Source of the DNA: a virus
Taxonomy: Duplodnaviria; Heunggongvirae; Uroviricota; Caudoviricetes
IMG/VR virus record: IMGVR_UViG_3300013104_000003
Span: 1-26,955 of that record
Strand: one strand, 5' to 3'
Length of the DNA stretch: 26,955 bases
Position numbers and translations under genes: made by a program
Part shown: piece by piece, positions 1 through 7,869 of the stretch
Layout: every line of letters begins with the position of its first letter
Position numbering within the stretch: position 1 is the stretch's first letter
The notes under the pieces: generated by a model
What the model saw: the letters and a program-made list of their open reading frames with translations, nothing else
What the model was told of the DNA's origin: nothing
Databases searched by the model: none

Positions 1-115
1 CAGTACCTTCACAACGCTTATCTACATAGTTAAGAATAGATTCAAAACTTTTAGAGTCCACTAGCAAAGGAGTGTCGAACAGCTTCGCCCTAAGACGAAT
101 GAGTTCATGAGCCAT
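1..115 (-). CDS. Prohead (maturation) protease, S49/SppA-like, N-terminus only (runs off window)
   Basis: ATG at 115 after a GGGAG RBS; reads MAHELIRLRAKLFDTPLLVDSKSFESILNYVDKRCEGT...; directly follows the portal; N-terminus resembles S49-type phage prohead proteases. Confidence 0.65.
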   Translation of the reverse strand, partial: MAHELIRLRAKLFDTPLLVDSKSFESILNYVDKRCEGT

Positions 116-126
116 TAATGGACTCC

Positions 127-1620
127 CTATGTGTTTTCGTTATTTGATGTTGAGGAATCACCTGAGCTACCATCCGCATTACCTGTTCCTGATGGAAGAC
201 CGCTTTCAAGCCCGCTTCCGCTCGCTGATGTGTCAGGTGAAAGAATCTTTGTAAGATCTTCTGTAGACAAATCAAGGTCAACACGATAAGGGATATCTGC
301 TTGTTGCATAATCCAATTGATGACTTCAGGAACTTTAGGAAGATTACCTGTTGCAGAGACACGCTGAATAAATTTACCAAGCTCATCAAGAGACTCAGAA
401 CTTACAGAACCATAATCGAGATAAGGAAGAACATCGGTATCCCACCCATTCAACTCAAATAGTTGTTTTATAAGATCATGATTAAGCTGTGCTTTGATTT
501 CATCCAATTTAGATTGAATGGCCATCTCAACAACACTAATCTTAGATTCTGCAAGTGAGAAGCTACCGCTACCATTGCTGCCAAGGGAAAGAAAATCCGC
601 GAACAACGCCGTCAAAATCTCAGAGGTGTATCTGTTGATAATAGCGTTAGTGTCGTAAGACTTCTGACCGGTGATGGATTCGAATTTAAGTTCGAACATC
701 TTGTTCCCATCTTGGTCAAGAACTAGTGGAAGAATTACACCAGATTGTTTGGCCTGATGCATATTAGCCAAGATTTTTTTGTATTCTTCGAAAGCTGCTT
801 TCTTATCTTCACTAGCATCGTTTGTCATATATTCTGGGGGAATATATAGAACTTTGAATCCATTAGAATCTTGAGCAACAGCAATAGCCTCACTTTCCTG
901 ATAGGCTTGCTTATATTTCCAAGCTTGCCATGCACCATTCAGTGGAGAAGTTCCTACGGGACTATTTTTCAAGGGATTGTTGCGGAAGAGTAGAAACTTT
1001 TTCCTAGGGATTTTCTTAAGAGTTGTTTCATTATCTGCTGTTTGAACAAAATCCCACCCCATATATGAGGCGTTACCGGGATTGCAAACTCGCTGGTAGA
1101 AACCACCAAGATCACGTCCTTTGTTAGTCCAATACCAACCTTCCACAGTATCTTGCGCTCGAATTGGGAGTTTCTTAATTCCAATCAAACCATCGTCATA
1201 CTTACTTCCTTTGTCTTTATTCCTAAACCTGTAAACCTTTTCTGTCACGGCGAAACCGTAGCGATTAAAGCTTACTGCTTGTTTGATAAAGCTCTGGAAG
1301 TCGTGTTCCATATCCCCTATGCATTGGCGTACAAAGTTAGCTTTATCTTTTAGCTGTTCTTCGTAACCCTCGGGGATCTTAACAGTCCACGGAACCCTAG
1401 CTATCATCATTTCTACAAGCTCAAGGGCCGGAGCAATTGCTCCGTCTTTTGCCATACGTTTGTAGGTGTTGATAGCTTCAGGCCAACGAAGTTCTCGACT
1501 ACATTCCTCGATTACTTGGCCACCTAAAGTTAGGAGTCCCGGACTGCCCATCTCACCCATTGTCAAGGCTGGAGTATCATTTTCACCGGCCTCTAGGGAG
1601 ACATCTGTTGTATCTACCAT
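127..1620 (-). CDS. Portal protein
   Basis: 497 aa immediately downstream of terL; RELRWP..INTYKRM, SFNRYGFAVTEKVY, FLLFR..PLKNSPVGTSPL and FLSLG..GSFSLAE motifs typical of DUF935-like myovirus portals; Ser/Gly-rich tail. Confidence 0.85.
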   Translation of the reverse strand: MVDTTDVSLEAGENDTPALTMGEMGSPGLLTLGGQVIEECSRELRWPEAINTYKRMAKDGAIAPALELVEMMIARVPWTVKIPEGYEEQLKDKANFVRQCIGDMEHDFQSFIKQAVSFNRYGFAVTEKVYRFRNKDKGSKYDDGLIGIKKLPIRAQDTVEGWYWTNKGRDLGGFYQRVCNPGNASYMGWDFVQTADNETTLKKIPRKKFLLFRNNPLKNSPVGTSPLNGAWQAWKYKQAYQESEAIAVAQDSNGFKVLYIPPEYMTNDASEDKKAAFEEYKKILANMHQAKQSGVILPLVLDQDGNKMFELKFESITGQKSYDTNAIINRYTSEILTALFADFLSLGSNGSGSFSLAESKISVVEMAIQSKLDEIKAQLNHDLIKQLFELNGWDTDVLPYLDYGSVSSESLDELGKFIQRVSATGNLPKVPEVINWIMQQADIPYRVDLDLSTEDLTKILSPDTSASGSGLESGLPSGTGNADGSSGDSSTSNNENT

Positions 1621-1628
1621 TGTCTCTC

Positions 1629-3101
1629 CTATTGGGTAAATGGATTAGTTCGTGTTAGATTTGCGGACAACAGTCCAGAAGTGAAGTTTGGAATAATTTG
1701 TTTTTGTGCTAATATCATAAAGCCATCACTGCACACGTCCACAAGATCATCATGACCATTTGCGCCAGACTTTCTTTCTCCCGTGAATGTCTCCAATTCT
1801 TTGTAAAAGAATCCAAGCTCACTGAAAACCTTGTTCTCAAAGTCTGTCCCACAATTCTTCAAGATTCTAATCCCCCCATTCATACACATAGACGCGAAGG
1901 GTCTGAATCTATCAACTTTACTAGAATTCGCACGCATAGTTCTTACAAAGAATCCTTCTGCTGAGATTTCTCTTGCAAGCATTGTTGTTGCAGCTTTCGA
2001 TGCGGGGTTAGGATCAAGTGGTAAAACAATATCTACTTTGCTCCCATCCCTTTGTGCGTTCTCTACAATGAAAGCTTTCCAATCACCAAAACGAATTCGT
2101 GTCCGTTGAACATCGTGGATGAAATAAGTACCATCCTTCATTTTTGAAATCTTAATGCAAGCCGTGTAATCTGGATCATATGAGCTATCAGATGACTTCA
2201 GAGTGCCAGCGACATCATATGCCCTAACAGTCTTAACAATATCACTCCAAGCCGGCTCTTGATCTTCTTCTTTGAACCAGTGGCGTTTTATAAGACCTTG
2301 TCCATCTGGCCTAGCCTCCCAATTCCCGTATAAAAGAATTTCTTTCTCGATACGCGGCAAACCTTGAAGAAAAGCAATATAGCTTTTCTCAATATGTGGG
2401 TTATCGTATACCGATGCGGAAATAAAACGGAAAGAAAGAGGAGTAAGATCGGGGTATCGCTCTTCTAATTCTTCTTTTGTATCTGCCCAAAACATTTCAT
2501 TATCTAGGCGAACAAACCAGCGAATTATACCCTGTTTTGCAGGGTCAGGACGACCAAATAATTCATGACCTTCTGGGTAGAGATACCAATCAACATACTT
2601 CCTAACCCAACTATCTGGGTCTGGGTTCATTGTAGCGCGCATGTTTGGCTTCATATTAGCCTTTGTACGCAAACGAGAAAGAATGTAGTTGAACTGGGAT
2701 TCTTCAAACTGACAAAGTTCCTCCATTACGCAACTGGAGATTTGAGCACCTTGAAAGTTATCTGTGTCATCCACACGTTCGAAATGAGAAAAGAAAATTT
2801 CTGCATCTGAGCTTGTAATAATCTTTAAATCTTTAATTCTTACTCTACAGTCTGGATCTAACAATTTATAAAGTTGTTTTGCTTCGTCCCAAACAGCACC
2901 CGGCTTAAGTAGCATCGGTGTAGTTCGACGTAATGTTAGTCCTCTATAAAGGGGATCGTGCATATATTTGGCGTGATGGGCAAGTCCTGCCCAAGTTTTT
3001 CCTCCGCCAGCCTGACCCCCGTAGAAACAGATGTCCACCCAATCAGGCGTGGACAAAAACATCGCTTGTGGTTTGCTGGCAGGCGCGACTACATTTGTCA
3101 A
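1629..3101 (-). CDS. terL: Terminase large subunit
   Basis: Walker A YGGQAGGGKT, Walker B-like VMEEL, coupling motif ATMNP, C-terminal nuclease RAYDVAG...HDDLVD; TTG start with GAGG RBS. Confidence 0.95.
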   Translation of the reverse strand: MTNVVAPASKPQAMFLSTPDWVDICFYGGQAGGGKTWAGLAHHAKYMHDPLYRGLTLRRTTPMLLKPGAVWDEAKQLYKLLDPDCRVRIKDLKIITSSDAEIFFSHFERVDDTDNFQGAQISSCVMEELCQFEESQFNYILSRLRTKANMKPNMRATMNPDPDSWVRKYVDWYLYPEGHELFGRPDPAKQGIIRWFVRLDNEMFWADTKEELEERYPDLTPLSFRFISASVYDNPHIEKSYIAFLQGLPRIEKEILLYGNWEARPDGQGLIKRHWFKEEDQEPAWSDIVKTVRAYDVAGTLKSSDSSYDPDYTACIKISKMKDGTYFIHDVQRTRIRFGDWKAFIVENAQRDGSKVDIVLPLDPNPASKAATTMLAREISAEGFFVRTMRANSSKVDRFRPFASMCMNGGIRILKNCGTDFENKVFSELGFFYKELETFTGERKSGANGHDDLVDVCSDGFMILAQKQIIPNFTSGLLSANLTRTNPFTQ

Positions 3102-4218
3102 AGACGCTTACCTCAATTTGTTCTATATTGGTTTTAACTTCCAACCACCTCTCTTTGTTTTCGAGAGCGTTAGATACAGAATTTCTGGCCACTCCGTAAA
3201 GATTTGCTAGAAACTTTTGTTCTACAAAACCAGATCGCCACAATATAAGAGCTTCTGTTACATCAACCAGAGAAAATTTTGCTTTGCTGTTATACTTATG
3301 CTTTTCTACATTAAGTAACCTTAAAGTGGTTTGAATTTTATCTCTGTTTTCTTCTCTATTAGACATCCAATCAGCGATATATTCTTGTTCAATATCCTTT
3401 AAAGTCTTATGTAAAGATTTTTCAATTTCTTCAATGTAATAGTCTGAATTATTATTCAAGGCTTTTACAATAAAATCTGGATTTTGTGAGGGATCAAAAT
3501 CATCCGAAAATCTTTCAATCATTGTTTTGAAGTAAGTCCCGCTAAAATAAAGGTCTGAGACTTTTTGTATTTTTGTTGAAAAATCTTTCGGGCCGGTCTT
3601 ATCAGAGCGTTGCCAGAAGTCTTTATATACATGAAAACTCAACCAATCTTTCAACTCACCTTTGAATCGAAAGGCTGGAAAAACTGAACCTATATTTATA
3701 AGAAATGGCTGAATGTCGTCTTGTTTCCTGTTGAATTGAGACATATATTTAGTATTACTCAACTTCCAGTTAATAAGACGTTTTCTGCGTTCTGTTTCCT
3801 TCCGGGTTGCTTTAATCCTTTCCATAACTTCTGGAGGATGTGTCACACCGAACATGGGGTTGTTTTCACCAGAGCATTGTACACTAACAGCTTTAGAATA
3901 CTCTTCACGTAGCTTAGAATAAATTTTAGAATTAATACCTACGTGACTATTGCCTGCGATATCATTTGTCCAACGTGAACTCATGATATGTGCAGCTCTC
4001 ATCAAACTGATGTTTTGAGGATTAGCTATCCACAAGAGCATGTGGGCGATGAAGTGCTCTCTTCCAGAGAAGAGTACAAAATTAGAAGCTTCATTTGTTC
4101 CTCCAATACATACTGGGACAATGTGATGAGCTTCTGTGTAGAAATCTATTTTTGATTTATCAAGACCACGAACTTTAGCTTTTGCTACAAGATCATTATA
4201 AATTTTACTGTAATTCAA
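3043..4218 (-). CDS. Free-standing HNH homing endonuclease with NUMOD3 motif (Mob-like)
   Basis: EAHHIVPVCIGGTNEASNFVLFSGREHFIAHMLLW HNH core; SGENNPMFGVTH NUMOD3-like repeat; overlaps the terL 5' end by 59 nt. Confidence 0.85.
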   Translation of the reverse strand: MNYSKIYNDLVAKAKVRGLDKSKIDFYTEAHHIVPVCIGGTNEASNFVLFSGREHFIAHMLLWIANPQNISLMRAAHIMSSRWTNDIAGNSHVGINSKIYSKLREEYSKAVSVQCSGENNPMFGVTHPPEVMERIKATRKETERRKRLINWKLSNTKYMSQFNRKQDDIQPFLINIGSVFPAFRFKGELKDWLSFHVYKDFWQRSDKTGPKDFSTKIQKVSDLYFSGTYFKTMIERFSDDFDPSQNPDFIVKALNNNSDYYIEEIEKSLHKTLKDIEQEYIADWMSNREENRDKIQTTLRLLNVEKHKYNSKAKFSLVDVTEALILWRSGFVEQKFLANLYGVARNSVSNALENKERWLEVKTNIEQIEVSVFDKCSRACQQTTSDVFVHA

Positions 4219-4249
4219 AACTGAATATCTCCGATAAGATTTAATTAGG

Positions 4250-4305
4250 TGAGGCTAGCTGATTGTATCGGCAATCAGCAGGGCTTGCAATCCCGTTCGC
4301 TCTCA
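4250..4305 (-). promoter_or_regulatory. Structured RNA leader (three-way junction) upstream of the HNH gene
   Basis: GCTGATTG/CAATCAGC 8-bp stem (4258-4279), GGG..GCAA..CCC hairpin (4281-4294), closed by TGAG(A)GC/GCCTCA. Confidence 0.5.
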
Positions 4306-4315
4306 TTACACTTCT

Positions 4316-4684
4316 TTATTCGTCTTCTTCCGAAGACTCATCATTCTTACCACTTTCACAAGCAGCAAGATATTGCTTAATCATTTTAACTTTGTCGCGC
4401 CCTTTAACACCTTTCTGTGCTACCAGTGGACGCATCTCCTCAATTGGAAGAGATTCCAGATATTCTTTAGTGTACTGAATATCAATAGGAACAACTTTTA
4501 CACCAATTTCATCTTCAAGGAAATCCTCAGTCTCGATGACCATAGTGATGCTGTGAGGAAATTTCATAAAAGGGTTGTTGGTTTGATCTTGAACTGCACC
4601 TTTTCCAGCATACTTAATAACATTCTGAATAAAGCTCAGACCGATTGAATCTGTACCTGTGATAAACAACTTATACTTATTCAC
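4316..4684 (-). CDS. Hypothetical protein with a C-terminal HeH/LEM-like helical motif
   Basis: 122-aa ORF with AGGAG RBS and its own promoter; YTKEYLESLPIEEMRPLVAQKGVKGRDKVKMIKQYL helix-extended-helix pattern; acidic tail. Confidence 0.75.
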   Translation of the reverse strand: MNKYKLFITGTDSIGLSFIQNVIKYAGKGAVQDQTNNPFMKFPHSITMVIETEDFLEDEIGVKVVPIDIQYTKEYLESLPIEEMRPLVAQKGVKGRDKVKMIKQYLAACESGKNDESSEEDE

Positions 4685-4721
4685 TTAATTCTCCTAAATA
4701 GTTTATTGCTTCAATAAGAGA

Positions 4722-4751
4722 ACTATAAGGCATACACCCCAATTCTGTCAA
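4722..4751 (-). promoter_or_regulatory. Sigma70-like promoter TTGACA-N18-TATAGT
   Basis: Consensus -35 and near-consensus -10, upstream of the 4316..4684/HNH/terL/portal operon. Confidence 0.7.
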
Positions 4752-4784
4752 CTATTAATTTCAATTATTTAATAGATTTAACAA

Positions 4785-4808
4785 ATTGCCCTATATTTCA
4801 AGGGCAAT
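4785..4808 (-). terminator. Probable intrinsic terminator hairpin after the fibre gene
   Basis: ATTGCCCT/AGGGCAAT 8-bp inverted repeat 12 nt after the stop codon, followed by TTGTT; weak U-tract. Confidence 0.5.
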
Positions 4809-4820
4809 CTATAAAGCTAC

Positions 4821-6830
4821 TTAACCAAGCAATACTTCCTGTGCAGATTGGTACGTAAAAACTGGAGTCCCTGTGGTATTTACAGTACGCAATCTTACGT
4901 ACTTACCAGCAGGAATACACCCTGTCAGGTTGGCACTGTTGAGAGTTGCTAAGTTCAGAACACCACCAGCAGATGCACCAGATGTCTGTACAGTTGTGAC
5001 ACCAGTTGTAAACCCAACTTCATTAGCATATTCAAGAACAACGCGACCAGCTTGTCCAGCAAGTAGTGCTGCTGTACAACTAATATCAACAGAATAAGCT
5101 ACCAATGCATCTTGTGTAGCGCTAATTTGAAAAGCTGTATTCAAACTACGTGTAGGATTGGTAAAACTTCTGTTAGTGCCTGCTGTTACGCGACCTTGTG
5201 CATCAGTGGTAATTGTACCATTGTAACTCCCAGCAGTACCAACGTTAGGCATTGAAATAGTGCCCGTTGTTGTAATTGTACCACCACTCAAGCCTGTTCC
5301 TGCTGTAATACTTGTTACCGTACCGCCACTATTGGCATAGTTTGGAACATTAAGAACACCCGTTGTACTGTTATATGTTGCAGCTCCACTTGTCCCTGTG
5401 GTTGTCAAACTAATAGCTGTACGAGCACCCGCTTGGGTGATATAGCTATTAGGGTTTGTTGTTCCGTTATATGGTGTGTAACCTAATGCAGTAGTAATTT
5501 GACCACTTGTAATGGTTGTCAGATATCCTGCTGGGTTTGATGCAAGCGGATAGGCATCTATAATCCCGTAACCTGATAAAGTGGTTGGTGTAGTTGTAAT
5601 CGTTGACCAAGCTTGTGTATGTGCTGATGGTGTAAAAGCAGATGGTTTATTCAATACCTGAGATACACCAGATACTGAGTTCCAATCAGAATTCACTTGT
5701 GCAGCAGGAATACTTGGAAATGTTGCTAAAGATCCGTCACCACGAAGGTACTGTAAAGTTGTACCTGTTGGAGTATTGTACTTAGCATCTAAAGCAGTCT
5801 GCAACCCAATAACATCAGAAATACTGTGCGTATGACCTGACGGTGGGAAGCTTGTTGGTTTGTTAGTAAGATCTGTGTAGCTTCCACTGAACAGTGTAGG
5901 CTTGTTTAAAATCTGACTTACACCACTTACACTGTTCCAATCGCTATTAACTTGGGCTGGAATTACAACATCCCCAAACTGCCCATTAACTGTCAGCACA
6001 CCATCTTGAATGGCTGTCTTGGGAAGTTTATTTGGCGCTGAAAGACTTACGAGTTTATCGCGGATAGCTGCTGCTGTTACTTCAGGGGACAAAGGAAGAC
6101 TTACAAACTCTCCTCGTTGTGTCATCACACTAAAGTAAGGAATACCGCTACTATTACCTTTGATAGCCATTGTATTGGCACGAATTTCAAAGGTGAGCAT
6201 CACACCAGCTGAAAGTGGTACGGGGCTATCTTTAAAATCTACTACGTTATCACCAACAACAAAGTTCATACCCCCTGTTCCTGTAGACCACACAGATTTA
6301 CTAGGAAGATATTTCAATGCTACGTTCACATCAGATTTTGTAATCTTGATTCTAACGTTAGACATTGGGGCAGATGCACGAAATGTAATACTGTTAGTTC
6401 TTGCGTTAAGTGTTGTTGTATAATTGAAAACAAGCGGAGAGGATGTAAGATTTACGCTGTCATCAGCCTGAGCCGTAAACATCCATTCGGCTTCATTGAG
6501 CTGAAAGATTGTAGGAGATAGAGATGCACTTGTACGTGGAACTCCATAATCTATAAGCTGATACATTGCATTATAGAGGTTATTGCGAATACCGACAAAG
6601 CCTGAAGATTCAGACATGGTGATAGCATCACCAAAATCAATAGAGCCAGATTCTACAGAGAACCCACCGGGGGCTAGAAGAGTTCCGTCAGGAAGCATCC
6701 TCATCCCTGTGCCCATCAACTGACCATCAGTATCCTTAACGAAGACTTCTCTCACAGGCATCTCTGCCATCAAATCTTCTACAGATTCTCCACTGGAATT
6801 ATTACCGGGGAAATACGGATGTACAGGCAT
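4821..6830 (-). CDS. Fibre-like virion protein (tail/head fibre or whisker)
   Basis: 669 aa, Thr/Gly/Ser-rich; fibre motifs VLTVNGQFGDVV, QVNSDWN..SG..QILNKP (x2), HTHSISDVIGLQTALDAK, PTTLSGYGIID, ITTALGYTPY, GTVTSITAGTGLSGGTIT; compact C-terminal domain ending YVRLRT..GTP...QEVLL. Confidence 0.75.
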   Translation of the reverse strand: MPVHPYFPGNNSSGESVEDLMAEMPVREVFVKDTDGQLMGTGMRMLPDGTLLAPGGFSVESGSIDFGDAITMSESSGFVGIRNNLYNAMYQLIDYGVPRTSASLSPTIFQLNEAEWMFTAQADDSVNLTSSPLVFNYTTTLNARTNSITFRASAPMSNVRIKITKSDVNVALKYLPSKSVWSTGTGGMNFVVGDNVVDFKDSPVPLSAGVMLTFEIRANTMAIKGNSSGIPYFSVMTQRGEFVSLPLSPEVTAAAIRDKLVSLSAPNKLPKTAIQDGVLTVNGQFGDVVIPAQVNSDWNSVSGVSQILNKPTLFSGSYTDLTNKPTSFPPSGHTHSISDVIGLQTALDAKYNTPTGTTLQYLRGDGSLATFPSIPAAQVNSDWNSVSGVSQVLNKPSAFTPSAHTQAWSTITTTPTTLSGYGIIDAYPLASNPAGYLTTITSGQITTALGYTPYNGTTNPNSYITQAGARTAISLTTTGTSGAATYNSTTGVLNVPNYANSGGTVTSITAGTGLSGGTITTTGTISMPNVGTAGSYNGTITTDAQGRVTAGTNRSFTNPTRSLNTAFQISATQDALVAYSVDISCTAALLAGQAGRVVLEYANEVGFTTGVTTVQTSGASAGGVLNLATLNSANLTGCIPAGKYVRLRTVNTTGTPVFTYQSAQEVLLG
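5643..5957 (-). repeat. Internal 20-codon repeat (5898-5957 and 5643-5702)
   Basis: AQVNSDWNSVSGVSQ(I/V)LNKP; 19/20 aa identical but only 42/60 nt identical. Confidence 0.9.
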
Positions 6831-7096
6831 TATGAATTATCCTGTACGCAAATTTTACCGTTTCCACGAATCCAGCAACCAACTTCCCCAGCATCCACTA
6901 CGTAGAATTGATAGGGTTGAATATAAACGCCATCAGTAGATGTGGATAGGGGCTGTAATGCACTTATTTGCACGTATAGTGCGCTAGTGCTCTTATTTTG
7001 AATAATAATAGAAGTTCCCACTGTGATACCGGAAGAAGTATACACATCGGTAAAGGAACCATTCACTGAAGATATATCAGGAATCGTATTTGCCAC
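6830..7096 (-). CDS. Small beta-rich protein, probable fibre-associated virion protein
   Basis: 88 aa, GTG start, stop overlaps the fibre ATG (translational coupling); IIIQNKS..LYVQ pattern. Confidence 0.7.
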   Translation of the reverse strand: MANTIPDISSVNGSFTDVYTSSGITVGTSIIIQNKSTSALYVQISALQPLSTSTDGVYIQPYQFYVVDAGEVGCWIRGNGKICVQDNS

Positions 7097-7100
7097 TTTA

Positions 7101-7440
7101 ACAATCCTATTTTATTTTTATATTAGGGATTGTCTTGTTCTGAGGAATTATAGCCTGTAGACAGACAACACAGGCTTTTAGTGGGGCAGCCTCGTCTGCT
7201 TTGAAGAAATCAATTATACTTCATTAAATAATTGACTATAGTATAGTTGACTGATGCCACGCTTACCTGCATTCAGTCGTGGAGTCCATAGTGACTCCCT
7301 CTCCGCTCACTAGTCTTTCCTAGCAGTCATTTATTCGCTATCCGCCAGAATAGCTGGGTGAGAACTAGGCAGTTCCCGATACCAAGCCGAAGCCTGATTC
7401 TATGTCACCTAAACACAACATTTAGGTTGAGATGTTTAGA
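7101..7440 (-). ncRNA. Putative structured non-coding RNA (C)
   Basis: About 11 back-to-back hairpins including a C(UUCG)G tetraloop (7383-7396); stem irregularities read as G-U wobbles on the minus strand; no ORF. Confidence 0.6.
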
Positions 7441-7454
7441 TAATGTAACAAATG

Positions 7455-7859
7455 TTACTCATCATCTTCGTCTGGAGTAAACACCAAACTCAGACGTGGA
7501 CGCAATTCACTTTTAATCTCTTCAGGAGTCTGCTCTTCAGGCTCACGCTTACCTTCCATACGAGCCTTGAAGTTAGAGATTTCATCGGCGTTTGCAGCCT
7601 TCTCAACACTTACAATGGAATTGATAACCCATTTAGCACTTGCTACAGAATCAGCGTTCACTTCTTCATTTTTTAGGCTTTTATCAATAAGCGCAAGGGC
7701 AATATCTTCACGAGTACGAAGCTTATCTGCAAGTTCACGAAGTTGAGACTTTTTAATACGAACCTTTGAATTTCCTTTGGTGTTACGGTTACTACGTTCA
7801 CCTTGGAACTGTGTTTCTTTCTGCTTTGCAGTTTGTTTATCTTTTGTCAAACCTGCCAT
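7455..7859 (-). CDS. Putative terminase small subunit
   Basis: 134 aa; basic N-terminus with QFQGERSNRNTKG resembling the F..G.SGNP.G motif of TerS proteins; helical core; RPRLSL-acidic C-terminus; upstream of terL on the same strand. Confidence 0.55.
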   Translation of the reverse strand: MAGLTKDKQTAKQKETQFQGERSNRNTKGNSKVRIKKSQLRELADKLRTREDIALALIDKSLKNEEVNADSVASAKWVINSIVSVEKAANADEISNFKARMEGKREPEEQTPEEIKSELRPRLSLVFTPDEDDE

Positions 7860-7869
7860 AATTATGCAC

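Noticed and set aside
4270-4285. AATCAGCAGG resembling a group I intron Q element, and CUGAU resembling a hammerhead core
   Set aside because: The motif is on the non-coding strand inside a simple hairpin; no P7/R/S elements or CUGANGA+GAAA pair; terL is complete without splicing.
105-6423. Alternative-frame and antisense ORFs inside portal, terL, HNH and fibre genes (e.g. 105..389, 1153..1353, 1831..2109, 2933..3199, 4873..5097, 6160..6423)
   Set aside because: Fully overlap well-supported genes, lack RBSs and have no recognisable motifs.
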